DNA of 64,000 nt, from positions 227,397 to 291,396 of the forward strand of contig MU004191.1 of assembly GCA_010093605.1 (NCBI GenBank), read 5' to 3'. Positions 27,340-40,700 of this stretch are shown one piece after another. Positions within the stretch are counted from its first letter, which is position 1, and each line of letters begins with the position of its first letter. Source of the DNA: Lophium mytilinum. Its lineage: Eukaryota. A program made the position numbers and the translations under genes. Under the pieces are notes generated by a model. That model was not told where the DNA came from. It ran no database searches and was given only the letters and a program-made list of their open reading frames with translations.

Positions 27340-28660
27340 AGGCGGATAGTAAGGTAGTAGGTATAAGAATATAGTTTAGCCTCTCTAGTAATAATATTAA
27401 GCTAGAACTTAATAAGCTAGTTATAAAGGCATAGGCTAATAGTAACTACTAGGCGGAGTATACTATTACTTTTTATACTATAGTGCTATATACTTTAAAT
27501 AGTAAAGGCGGTATATAAATATATAATATAGATAACTTCTTTATATTCTTTTTTAATAGATTATTTATAGCCCTTAATATAAAGTAGATAGTCTTCTAGA
27601 AGAGTACTATAGCGCTTCTATTTAAATATAAAGTTCTATCTAATCTATCTAGAAAGTTAATTATATTTAAGTTTTTACTAGCTATAGCTATACCTAAGAG
27701 TTATAGTAGGAAGCTACTATAGTAGTATAAGGCTATAATAAGTAGAATTACTAATATAAGAGACTATAATATAGACCTAATATAGTATTAAAAGTATACT
27801 AATAAAGAGTATAGTAACTTTAATAGCTACTACTTTCTTAATAGTAGTAAGCACTTTATTATACTTACTAAGTAGTAGAAGGTATAGGCTAATACTATAG
27901 CGCGCGGTAAGGCTACTATATTAGTGCCCCTAATTAAATTATTAAAGAAGCTTTAAATAAATAGGCCTATAGGTTTAGAATATTATTAGCTAGTAAAGAT
28001 AATAAGAGTATAGTAGATAGTAAGTACTATAGATAATATTAAGGTAATAATAAAATAGACTATAGAGCTTAGTAGTATATAATAGATAATAGCTATAGCT
28101 AAGAGGTTTTTAAGTATATAGTAGCCTTTATTATAGCCTTAGTTATAGCCTTAATAGTAGTAGTATAGCTACTATTCTCTCCCTTCTCTACTACTCTATT
28201 ATCTACTAAATCTATATATTTCTGCTAGGTTTCTAGTATTTCTATATATGCTAGCACCTACGCCTATACCTATGCCTTCCCTTTCTCTACTACTATTACT
28301 ACTACTTTTAACTTAGGCCCTAGCTGCTATAGAACCTTACTAACTAAAGAGCTTAAGCCTAGTATACCCTAAAAAGAAGAATATAAATATACTAGAGGCG
28401 TTCTTCTATTAGAAAGTTAATAGTATATAAAATGCTAGTTTATACTAGCACTAGTAGTAGGCGGCCTAGGTAGTAATAAATTAGGCTTAAAATATAGATT
28501 TCCTCTATTAGATAATAAATAAAAGCTTAAAGGCATATTATAAAACTATATAGCTAGAAATATTAAATAGAATAGCTATAAAGTTTACTAAGAAGCTATA
28601 TAGGTTTAAGTAGCTATACTAGAAGAATAAAGCGGCGTTTAATTTTACTCTACTAGATAA
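27340..28660 (+). pseudogene. RIP-degraded ORF with a Cys/His (W-x-C-x4-C-x-N-x4-C...H) motif and Pro-rich tail
   Basis: The frame at ~27780-27950 de-RIPs to about WKCTDEECSNFNGYCFLDGGKHF...WANTIARGEATISVPP. It is followed by poly-CTA (Pro after de-RIP) and LEAFF..W. Each TAT/TAC/TAG restoration is ambiguous and the ends are approximate. Confidence 0.4.
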
Positions 28661-28760
28661 TAGGGGGTAGAGTGTATAGTAATAGATATATACTATCTAT
28701 CTAATATATACTATCTATAATATATATACTACCTATTAATTAGGGGGTATTTATAGTTTA

Positions 28761-28976
28761 AGGCTTAAGTATTAGTAGTAAGAATTCTATTCTAATATTT
28801 TGCAGCTTAAGTATTAGTAGTAAGGATCTTATTTTAATATTTTAAGGCTTAAGTATTAGCGCAGGGTAAATTTCCTCTACGCTAATACTTAAGCCTTAAA
28901 ATAGAATTCTTACTACTAATACTTAAGCTATAAATTATTAAAATAAGATTCTTACTACTAATACTTAAGCCTTAAG
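28761..28976. repeat. Palindromic cluster of a 13-bp motif (3 forward + 3 reverse copies)
   Basis: GCTTAAGTATTAG at 28763, 28805, 28847. CTAATACTTAAGC at 28882, 28916, 28958. Further copies at 30243 and 30275, and degenerate copies at 37596 and 37636. Confidence 0.85.
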
Positions 28977-29199
28977 TTAGATACTATATAGAGTATATAT
29001 AAAACGGGAAGGCTATATAGAAATAGAATCTATTACTTTATTATATCTTAGTAAATATAAGTTTAAATTATATAAATAGATAGCTAAATTACGCGTTTAA
29101 ATATATATATTTACATCCGCGTACTAAATATATAGAAATATTAATTAGTAGTAATAAACTTTTAAAGTTATAGTTATAGTTTCTAAGTATATAGTTAAA

Positions 29200-29460
29200 T
29201 AGGCTTAATTCTCTACTTCTTTCTTTTAGTATAACTAGCTCTAGGCTTTAGAGCCCGCTTAAACGCTACTATATCTTCTATAGTATTAATCTAAGTATAG
29301 CGCTTACTTTTAACCCTATATATACTATATTTACTATCTAGATTATTATTAGTATAGAAATTAATATTATACTAATAATAGCCCCTAGTAGGTATATTCT
29401 AGGCGCACTCTAGGTATATACTATAGGCTAGGCCCGCCTAATTCTAGCTATATTAGCTAT
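29200..29460 (-). pseudogene. RIP-degraded small Cys-rich segment resembling a Zn2Cys6-like cluster
   Basis: De-RIP reading CLECAQNVPTGGYHRCDINFHTDDDPDGKCSVCRVKSKRC (Cx2C-x11-C-x13-Cx2C-x6-C). Only one Cys codon (TGC) is intact; the rest are restored from TAT/TAC. Confidence 0.3.
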
Positions 29461-30439
29461 TAATAAGCTTTATATAGGTAAGCTTAGCGCGGTAAAAGTA
29501 CTTTTAAAGGGCTATAGTAATAGTAGAGAAGCTAAAAGTAGTAGTAAGATTATTAGTATACTAAGAAGGAGTTAGTAGGCCTAGAATAATAGTAATAGTA
29601 AGAGGAAAGAGTAGATAGTAAGCGCAGCGCTTTCTATATAAATAGGTTAGCTAGATTCTTAAGCTACTATACTAGAAATTATATATAGTAGAGGGGGATT
29701 AGTTTTTTCTTTTTCTTTTTTATTTTTATTCTTCTTTTAATTAGGTATATTATAAATATCTCTACTAATAGTAAGAGTAGAAAGAGAGTATATAGGCCTA
29801 CTATATACTATATAAAGCCTCTAAGGGCTAGAATTCTTTAAGCTCTTACTAGAGAAAGCTTCTAGCGCCTTATCTTTAGCTTAAACGCCTATTATCTTCT
29901 TCTTAGTAAGAAGTAGCCTAGCTACTACTATCTATATTACTAGAGGATCTAGGTAAACTCTAAGAGGCCTAAAGAGGTATATAGTAAGAGATAGAGAGGG
30001 GGAGGGCTCTATAAGAATATTATTAATTAGGCTATTAATAGAGCTTTAATTACTAGTATTATTAGCTATAGTATTATTAGCTATAGTATTATAAAGATAG
30101 TAATTAATAGTATATAAAGTCTAAAGAAAAAAGAGAGTTAAGAAAAAAATAAAAATATATAGAAAAATAAATAATAGCTATTAAGCTTTACTATATAACT
30201 TTATTCTATATTAATATATAAGCTATAGATTATCTACTAGTGCTAATACTTAAGCCTTAAAATATCTACTAGCGCTAATACTTAAGCCTTAGCCTAAAAA
30301 GTATATAAAAAATAGTAAGGCTATATATAAAGTATATATTAAATAAAAAGGCTATATATAGTATATACTTAGGCCTTAACCTACTTCTCTACCTACTTCT
30401 TCTTAATTTAAGTATTAGTATTACCTCTTTTATATACAT

Positions 30440-31440
30440 CTAGCTTAGCCTAAATTCTATCTATCTCTTCTCTTATATAGTATACTTCTCTAGCTATATA
30501 ATAGAACTACTTTTAAGTAAAGTAATTATACTAGCTCTACTTAATAGTAGCCCTTAGAAAGTTACTAAAGTTATAATAGGCCGGGCGTAGGTAATAGTAA
30601 TACCTATAGATTTATACCTTTAGCGTAGTAAAGGTTAACTCTATAGGGTTAAAATCTAGTAAGTATAGCGGTAGAAAATATACTAGATATTCTTACGCCT
30701 AGATTATATATATAAGAGCTTTCTTAGTATATATTCTAATATTATCTAGAATAATAATCTTTAAGCGGCCCTTAAACTTACCTTCTATAGCTAGTAGAAA
30801 AGTAGTAATAATTTAGCTTTAGAACTTCTTAGTATTAAAGTAGCCCTCTTATATAGCTATATATAGTAGCTACTCTACTATACTTATTACCGCGTATATA
30901 CTCTATATATTTCTATAATTTATAGGCCTCTAGTAGTATATAGAACTTCTAATAGATATATATATATAATAGCGCTAGCTAGTCTTCTTATTAAATATAG
31001 ACTTATTAAGAAAGATAAGATCTTTTAGCTTATAGTAACTAGTAAGCTCTAAGTACTTTAACCTTAACTTCTTACTTACGCAGTTTAACTAGCGCTAGGC
31101 CTACTTTTTACTTTATCTATTTCTCTTTATTATATATAATATAGTTAGCTATAAAGCTCTAATACTATACTTAAAATTAAGCTATATTTAAATCTTATCT
31201 TAATTACGCTAGCTATCTTCTAGAAGCTATTAGAGCACCGCCTTTTTATCTACTATAGTAAGTCTTCTTAGCTATTCTATCTTAATTTATAGAGGCCTTA
31301 TAGGCGCGCTATAAAGAATTATATATTTTTCTATATTATATACTATCTTCTAGTAAATATAAATAATCTTAGTAATCTATTTAGAATACTTATTAAGCTA
31401 GAGAAGCTATATAATATCTAGGCGCTATAAGGCTAATATT
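30440..31440 (-). pseudogene. RIP-degraded IS630/Tc1-type (DDE_3) transposase
   Basis: Minus frame, de-RIPped: N-terminal HTH region with GRPRRLT, then LIFLDESIFNEKTGWR (~30975-31020), IIILDNIGIH (~30728-30758) and FLPPYSPDFNPIELTF (~30630-30678). These are the three catalytic D, D, E motifs of DDE_3 transposases. Confidence 0.85.
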
Positions 31441-32164
31441 AGGAATTTCTAAATTAAGAAACGCGCGGAGAATACTAGTTACTTACGTAACCTTCTAGAA
31501 GACTATATATTTTACTGCTCTACGGGCTTTACGCTACTCTATAAAAGTTTACCTACTTTTTATATAAAATTTGCGCGCAGGCTGTATAGATAATTCTTAA
31601 TTATAGATAATCTAGCATTATAGATAATTATTATAGTTAATAACTACTTTATAGTCCTTATAAATATAGCTATCTACCTCCTCTATCTAACCTTTTAAAA
31701 CCGCCTAATCCGCCTAGGTTATAGATAGATAGATAATAACATAGATAGGGCCTTATATACTAAATACATAATTATCGCGTATAGTAGGAAATTTAAAGTT
31801 GCACTAGTATATTTAGTTATCTCTTCTTACTACCTCTACTAGGGCTTTATAGTCTATAGTAACTTTATATATATTATAGACTTTACGCGTTATATAGATA
31901 GTAATACCTATATATATTTCTAAGAATTATATAACTATTACTAACCTTAATAATTTTAATATCCTAGTAGACTATTAGAGCTAGCAACGCGTGCACTAGA
32001 TGTCCGGGCTAGAAAATAGCACGTAATATGCACGTTGCGTGTTAGATAGTAGACTATATAGTAATTTAGAATACATCTAATTGCGGTATATATATTATAA
32101 AATAGAAAGATAATACTAAGTATAAGATAGAGCCTACTTATACTCTATTTACTAATTCTATACT

Positions 32165-33900
32165 ACTATTCCTCGTCCCTAATACTCTTAAGCAACTTAA
32201 TAACTAGCCGCAGGCTTTCTTCTCTAGAATCCTGTGCCTTAACGCAGGCAGCTATAAACTTTTAATATTAGTTCTTATTAGACATAATTATAGTATTATT
32301 TTTATACTAGCTGTATTTATCTTTCTTTATATAGAACTGCTGCCTAAATTATATAAATAAGAGATTAAGAGGGCACTGCTTCTAGTAGTTCTTTATCTTA
32401 ATACTCTTCTTAGCCTCTCTATAAATTAGAGCTAAGCGGTATAAGTTATTATTAGTAAGGGGCTCTATATTATTAATCTTATTATTCTATAGTTAATATA
32501 ATTAGTATATTATACTTTAGCTCTCTATCTTATATAATTACCTATACTATCTATAATATCTAATAAAGTATCCCTAAGGGGGGGGCTAAATAGAATTAAA
32601 TATAGTAAGGATAAGTACCTAGAGTTAAATAGTTATACTTTGCTCTTAATGCGCTTTATTAGCGCATATATCTTCTCGCGTTAGTTAATAAGGTTCCGCT
32701 ACTAATCCCGCTTCTTTACTTCTATTCTCGCCACCCTTATAGTAAAGGCCTGTTATTATTCTAGTATTATATCTTTAGTTAAATCTAATATATTATAGCA
32801 GTTAGGGTTATTATATATATCCTTATTATTATCTTCTTTATAGTTTATATACTAACCTACCCGTTTTATAATAAATTCTTGCTAGTAGAATAATAGTTAG
32901 TGCTTATAGTATAAGCTAAGTGCCCGCTATTAGGCGAGATATTTATTATAATTTACTACTCTAGCTTATAGTTAGTATAGTCTTATATAAGAGGGGCGGT
33001 AGTTAATACTAGTAGTAGTAACCCCGTAAATTAGGTTTATGCACTTCTAGCCTAAGGTATATTTACTAATAGCGTAGTAGAGGTAAGTATATATATATAT
33101 AATAGTATTACCTAAGAGGGGGTTAAAAAACTCTTTTAAGTATCTTTATATCTCTAAGGCGTTTATAGACTATTCTATAAAGAGTAGGTCTATAACTACT
33201 ACCTAGATAGCCTTAGCTATAAAGATTACTAGTAGCCCCTATAATCTATTAGAATACTATCTAACGCTAGGTTAGTAACTAACCTTAGCTTAGTCTTTAT
33301 CTACCCTAAAGAAATAGTTCTAATCCTTTATTAGCATTAACGCGGTGCTAGTAATATCTAGAGTTATAGAACTAAGACTATAGCATTCTTATATAATATT
33401 ATAAGCAACCTTTATTATAGCGTTATAGAAATAACTAAAAGCGTTATAAATCTAGGTTATATATTATAATTAGCTATTATATAAGGTTATAGAAGTAGGG
33501 AGAGAGTAATATATCTTCTACATGTAAAAAGAATCTAGAGTAGTAGGAATATTAGCTTAAGTATAGAATAGTTAGTCTTTATAGATATCTACCTATATTT
33601 ATATTAGTACTTACTAAAATATATCTAGCCTAATACTCTTAGTCTAGGCTATAAGGTTATTACTATATTTCCTAATTATATTAGTACCTAATACTATACT
33701 TCTAAGTATCTAGTATCTTATTTATTCTTCTACTACTATATATTTTACCTCTATAGTTAGTACTTTAGTATGCCTATCTATACTATTCTATATTTAAATT
33801 ATTTTACTGCGTTATTTTATACTAAGGGAGCTAATATAGTTATAGATAGGTGTGCCTCTGCCCGTGCCTAAGAAGCGGCTAGTAGAAGAGGAGGATAGTA
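32165..33900 (-). pseudogene. RIP-degraded ORF with a DUF6532-like domain
   Basis: A long continuous frame, interrupted only by TAG/TAA at RIP-type positions. About 33045-33135 de-RIPs to EFFDPLSGDTIVHVCTYLYYAIGEYTSG, resembling the FxPxPxxTIxxVxTxIxxxIxEWxTG signature I recall for DUF6532. Needs HMM confirmation. Confidence 0.45.
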
Positions 33901-36159
33901 GACCGCTTAATATAAAGGTATTAGACCTAGTTATTTAGTTAACGGCCCTGCAGGCTTCTATTCTAGCCGCTATTTTATCTTAGACTACGGCGGCACTCTA
34001 ATAGGTATTTATTAGTATATACTACTTAGTAGAGTGGCCGTAATATATATATAAGCTAATCTTACGCTTAAAGTCTATTTACACGCGGAAGTTAGTATTA
34101 CTAGATTAGAAGATAGGCGTATGCCTATTCTTATTCTCTATACCGCATTTTCTCTTTCTAGTAAGAGATAAGGTGCAGCTAGACGGCTAAGATAATATAG
34201 TATTACTATCTTAGAATATTCTAGTAGTATATTCTCTTTTACTTATTAAGTTCTATATATTTATTATTAGTCGGCAGGCGTTAGAGTTAAGAAAGCTAGG
34301 CGCATTACTATATTAATTAGTTTTAAGGTAGCACGTTTTTACTTCTTTACTATCTATAGTTATATGCGTTAGCTATATATATATTAATATATACTATAGA
34401 TAGGGTATATAGTATAGTATGTTTAAGTTATATAGTAAGTCCCTATTTAGGGTAGAGAGAGATAGTCCTATATTACCTTTTACTATATTTAAGTAGATAA
34501 TATTAAGCCTTACTAAATAATAGATAGAGGGCGTGTAGTAAAAGAATATTCTATTTCTTAAGGTAGAGTGCAAGAATAATAACTATAAAGGGAAGTAAAG
34601 TAGATTATAATTAAGTAGCGTAGAGAGAAGGGAATAAAGGGAAAGTAAGTTGCGCGTTTATTATAATAGAATATAATAGAGCTAGCTAGATATAGTCTAT
34701 ATATATTAACTTAGTATCTTTAGCTAGTTATATGCCTCTTCTCTATCCCCCCCTTAATAAAGCCCTATTATTCTATATAATTAAATACTTCCGTCTACGC
34801 AATTACCTCTTCTATTATATCGCCTTAGACTAGAGCTTATACTTATGTACTTGCGTTAACTTCTACTAATTGCTGCACGCGCGCTACTACCTTCTACTAT
34901 TATTTCTAGATAGTATCTTCTATACTATTAGAATAGTAGTTAGTTAAAAGATTATAGACTTTATATTCTATATTATTAAATAGATAGCTAGCTAAGTTAG
35001 AGGCCCTAATAGAGGTATTAATATTATAATACGCAGCCGTCCCCTTATTACTAACTTTATCCTCGGTTAGGCAACCTACTTAGGCGTAAATAACCTACTA
35101 GCTATCTTCTCTAGCTATAGTATATGTCCCTCTTCTATATTATCTATAATAAACGCCTCTACCTTTACTAACTAAATTACGCAACCTTAAGCTATTATAT
35201 CCTTCTCTCTCTTAGCCTAAAACACCCTCTTTACTACTATTTAGGCCTTTTTTCTATAATTCTAGCCCTCTATTAGTTACTATACTATAAGCGGTTATAT
35301 ACTATATTACAGGGTACTCCTCTATAGTAGAAAGGTCCCTAGATAGAAAAATAGAAAAATAGTCTACTAGTAGTAAATTCCCCCCCTATAGAATCTATAT
35401 ACCTAGTTAGAATATTTAGCTATATAGCTATACTTCTAGTTCTAATAATAGCTATAGTTTAGATAACTCTATACTACCTATATATAGAGATATTAAGCCG
35501 TCTATATTCTAGTTTAGTAAGATAGTATAAGATTATAATAAGGCCCCGCCTTAGAGTAGTATAGTTCTAGTCTAGTTCCCTTAGTAAGGCGGGCTATAGA
35601 ATAGTCTAATTATAAATTAGGTTAGCTAGGTATATAGACTCTTGCGCTATTTAAGTTCTCTACCTTTTATAGTTCTACACTCTTATCTCTTATATAACCC
35701 TTATATTCTTTTTAACTTTTTCTATAGCTTTAATCTCTTACTTATTTATCTTATTACGCAGGCATTTATAACTAGTAGAGGCTAATATAGATATAGATAG
35801 AAGAATAGTATAGTGCTAGCTAAAGTAGATAGATACAGGGGTATTATTTATCTATATTAGCTATATTAATTAAAATTATCGTATATATCTAATATACTAT
35901 TTAGCTAAGGCTTAATAATTAGGGTAATATAGTCTAGTTCTCTTAATAAACTCTAATATACTATTACTATATACTAGTCTATCTTATTCTTAACTAGAAA
36001 CTTAAAATTATCTATAATATAGTAATATATAGTTTTACATTCTATATTAAGACTAAATATTATATTTAACCTAGTAATAAGTATACTAAATTTAGAGGCT
36101 AGTATTACTAGTATACTCTTTAGTAGTATAGGTAGTGCAAGTTTATATACTAGTATAAT

Positions 36160-37069
36160 NNNNNNNNNNNNNNNNNNNNNNNNNNNNNNNNNNNNNNNNN
36201 NNNNNNNNNNNNNNNNNNNNNNNNNNNNNNNNNNNNNNNNNNNNNNNNNNNNNNNNNNNNNNNNNNNNNNNNNNNNNNNNNNNNNNNNNNNNNNNNNNNN
36301 NNNNNNNNNNNNNNNNNNNNNNNNNNNNNNNNNNNNNNNNNNNNNNNNNNNNNNNNNNNNNNNNNNNNNNNNNNNNNNNNNNNNNNNNNNNNNNNNNNNN
36401 NNNNNNNNNNNNNNNNNNNNNNNNNNNNNNNNNNNNNNNNNNNNNNNNNNNNNNNNNNNNNNNNNNNNNNNNNNNNNNNNNNNNNNNNNNNNNNNNNNNN
36501 NNNNNNNNNNNNNNNNNNNNNNNNNNNNNNNNNNNNNNNNNNNNNNNNNNNNNNNNNNNNNNNNNNNNNNNNNNNNNNNNNNNNNNNNNNNNNNNNNNNN
36601 NNNNNNNNNNNNNNNNNNNNNNNNNNNNNNNNNNNNNNNNNNNNNNNNNNNNNNNNNNNNNNNNNNNNNNNNNNNNNNNNNNNNNNNNNNNNNNNNNNNN
36701 NNNNNNNNNNNNNNNNNNNNNNNNNNNNNNNNNNNNNNNNNNNNNNNNNNNNNNNNNNNNNNNNNNNNNNNNNNNNNNNNNNNNNNNNNNNNNNNNNNNN
36801 NNNNNNNNNNNNNNNNNNNNNNNNNNNNNNNNNNNNNNNNNNNNNNNNNNNNNNNNNNNNNNNNNNNNNNNNNNNNNNNNNNNNNNNNNNNNNNNNNNNN
36901 NNNNNNNNNNNNNNNNNNNNNNNNNNNNNNNNNNNNNNNNNNNNNNNNNNNNNNNNNNNNNNNNNNNNNNNNNNNNNNNNNNNNNNNNNNNNNNNNNNNN
37001 NNNNNNNNNNNNNNNNNNNNNNNNNNNNNNNNNNNNNNNNNNNNNNNNNNNNNNNNNNNNNNNNNNNNN
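36160..37069. other. Assembly gap (910 N)
   Basis: Run of n bases. The true length is unknown. Confidence 1.
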
Positions 37070-37779
37070 ATTAAGAAGCGTAATAAATATAATAGTATTT
37101 TAGAGTATTTTCTAAATTAAGTAGAAAGGTTATAAATAGATAGCGTCTAAATTAGCTATAGAGTAGCATATAAATGTATTATACTATCTTAAAACTAACC
37201 TAACTTATCTCTATATCTAATTAGCTATAGTGTTAGTAGTATATTAAAATATAGGTAGCTAGAAAGGGCTTAGTATTAGTAAGTATATACTTTTCTACCT
37301 ATTTTCTTTTAGCTAGTATGTATATATAGCACTAAATTATACTACTATAGACCTATAGTGCACTCTAATTTATAGGCTGCTCTATTTAAATCTCTTTATT
37401 AGAAATATAAGTAAGATTAGACGCATACTATCTACTAATATTCTGCGGTCTAGATTAGAATAGTAGAATAGAGAGTTCTTGCAACCTTTCTATACCTTAT
37501 AATATATAAGAATATTACTAATAATATATATAGGCCTATAGAGTATTAGCGCTGCTATATAAATATTTACCTATATAATACTATAGTTTATATTACTAAT
37601 ACTTAGGCCTTAAATTATATTTAAGGCTTATACTACTAATATCTAAGCCTTATAGTAAGTATATAGTTAAGTAGATTATATTAATATTAAAAATAGGCAG
37701 TCTATAGTAGACCTACTATAGATATAGTATACTTATTAACGCGGCGATTATAGGTATATTATAGAAGTAGAAGTTAAAA

Positions 37780-40700
37780 TAGTTTATTTTATAATGTCTA
37801 CTATAGAACTATATATACTATATAATTAGTGCATTTAGTAGTTACCTTAGTACTAATAGTCCCTTAGTTTTTCTTCTTTTTTAGTATACTTTATATAACC
37901 TTATATATAAACTTATTATTATTAACTATATAGAACTAAGCTAGTATATCTACCGGGTTATTACCCCCTATATAGGCGAGAATAATGCTATATATTCTAT
38001 TAGACCTCTAGTTCTTCTACTATACTCTAGATATAATCTATATCTTAAGGCTAGATATAGTCTATAGCTCTATAACTATTACGCACGTGCATTAAAAAGT
38101 AAAGTTAGAGCCTTCTACTCCTCTAGTCTTCCGGTTCGCAACTAGAATATTAACAGCCGCTAGATTATCTTAATTACGCTTAAAGCCGGTATTAAATTAC
38201 TTCTATTACTTAACTATTAGTAATAAATATAACTATATAAGCTTTTTAGTTAGTATAGTCTTTATAATTATCTAGTATTAATTATATTAGTTTATTAGAT
38301 AATAATTACTAATTATAGATAGAGATAGGTGGCAACTTATAATATAGATAACTAAATTAACTATAGGCTTCTTACTAATAATTAGTATCTTCTTCTTCTT
38401 AGCTTAAATGTATTAAACTATGCTTCTAATTTTCTTTAGCTTTCCTAAATTAGCTAGTAGATTAGTATACTATTTAGTAAGGGTACTCTCTAAGTCTATA
38501 TAATCTATCTAGCCTATATTTTTAATATCTTCTAGAGTAAAGATTAGGTTACTTATTAAGCTAAGCTCTTTCTATTATGTCTTTAACTTAGCCAGCCTAG
38601 AAATTAATGTAAAAATCCAGGGCAGCCTCCCCTTACCTAAGCCCGTTAGAAAGGCGCCTAGGCTAAAGAAAGGCGGCGGCTTATTAATTACTACTTTATA
38701 CCTTAGCTATTCTTTATACTCTTCTTTAAGGTCTATATATCTCTCTCTAATAACTATATAGTACTTCTTAATAAAGAGTTTAAAGCGGTTAGGTATACTA
38801 ACTATTACCTGCTATATAATATAGAGCGGCATATCCCCTAAAAAAAGGCTATCTAGGCTAAGGCTTATTAGTATTCTATAGATACTTATAGCTATAATTA
38901 TATCTAATACTCTCTAGAGACGCCTAGATAATTTAGAATTATTCTATAGTTACCGCTCTTTCTCTATTTTTAAGGTAAGATAGTAACCTCTAGCCCCTAT
39001 AAGGTCTCCTTAATTAATACGCCGGAGGGTAGGGCCTTAATAAAGAATATTAAACTTATCCCCTTTATTTATATTCTCTTTCTCTAACTCCTTATCTAGA
39101 AGAGTATTATTCGGGTTATCTTTAATATTAGCGTCTAAATTAGTTAAGTCCGCTATCTAAGTTAGCGTCTATAAACCTCTATATAGTATAACTATTAGAT
39201 ATAATAGAGTTTTAGGGCCGTAGAGAAAAGAAGTCCTACTATAGAATAAGCCTCTAGGGTAGCTATATAGATTAGCAGCCTTATTAAACCCTTTTAAGTT
39301 CTAGCTCTAATAAACCTAATTAAGCGCACGGTTAATATTCGCCTATTTGCGCGTAGTTAGGCGGAATATATACTAATACTACATGGACTTAATATAGCTA
39401 AAAGCTATAATATATAGAGATATATTATTAAATTCTAGATAGAACTTATTAAAAAAAACAGCCCTATATATATACGTGGGGGTTACTTTATTACTATATA
39501 ATAGGTTATAGAATATTATAAAGGTCTCTAGTAAGTTTAAATTCTTATTATATTTTTTATTAAAGGTCTCCGCGCTTATAATAATAAGGTAGGTTTTTAC
39601 TCTTAGATTTAGCTTATACTACATCTAACTATTTATTTCTTAGTAGATAGGCCTAAGGTTCTTCTAGTCTTTAAAGGTAAAGTTACCCTCTATAATACTT
39701 CTATATACACGCCAGATATAAAGTCTTCTACTAGGGACCTTAAAATCCTTATTCTTATATTTAATATCTAGCTAGTATTTTACCTTCTTATAGGTCTAAT
39801 TTAGTAGACTCTTCTTAGTAAGCTAAATAATGTAGCCTTTAACGCTGCTAGAACGCGGAGTATTAGTACTAGCCTCTCTAGTATAAGTAGTAAATGCTAT
39901 TAATATTTATAGAGTTTTTCCTATCCTAGGGGGGTTTATAAGAATTAGCCTACGCGCTCTACTAGTAAGACCTTAGATAATACTATATATCCCGGCCACC
40001 TAGTATAGGGCCGCATGCATCTTTAGGTTAGTAGTTATTTCTAGCAGCTTAAAGGTTATATTACTAGAAAAATTCCTATATATTAGAGGTAAACTAAAAA
40101 ACTATAGTACCTTCTTAAATGCTGCTACTAAGATATTCTTTATAGAGCTTAATATTAGGGCTATTATAGTAGTAATATTAATAGTATCTATCTTTTCTAT
40201 ATTAGCTATAATTATCTTATTTATATCTATAGAGGGTCTAGTCTTGCTAAGACTATATATATTAAATTTAAGCGTAGCCGCAATATTAATACTACTAATT
40301 ACTATATCCCCTATAACTTAGGTATTACTAGAGATAGTCTAGCCGCTCTCTATAGTAACTATAAGCGCATAGAGTTATTTTTAGGTAGTTAAATACTAAG
40401 TAGTTCTAGGCCTAAGCGCCCTAAGCTACTATATAACCTTATTATAAATAATACTAGGCTAAATAGAATTACGCATTAACTTAGTATATAGCTAGATAAT
40501 ATTAAGTATCTATTAGATTAGTTACGCTTTCTTCTCTATTTATAGCTTCTATACCTTCTTCTCTACTAGTAGTTTCTACTTTCTTTATTTCTCTTACTCT
40601 ACCGTCTCTTCTAGCTATTTCTACCTTTTTACTTTCTCTTTAGTTATAGTCTTAGCTAGCTCTCTCTCCTTCTATTCTATCTACTTCTTAGCCTTCTCTG

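Noticed and set aside
31975..36159. LTR retrotransposon nested in the block
   Set aside because: I found no RT (YxDD), RNase H or integrase motif set and no paired LTRs by eye. A short HDAFGH resemblance lies within the DUF6532-like frame.
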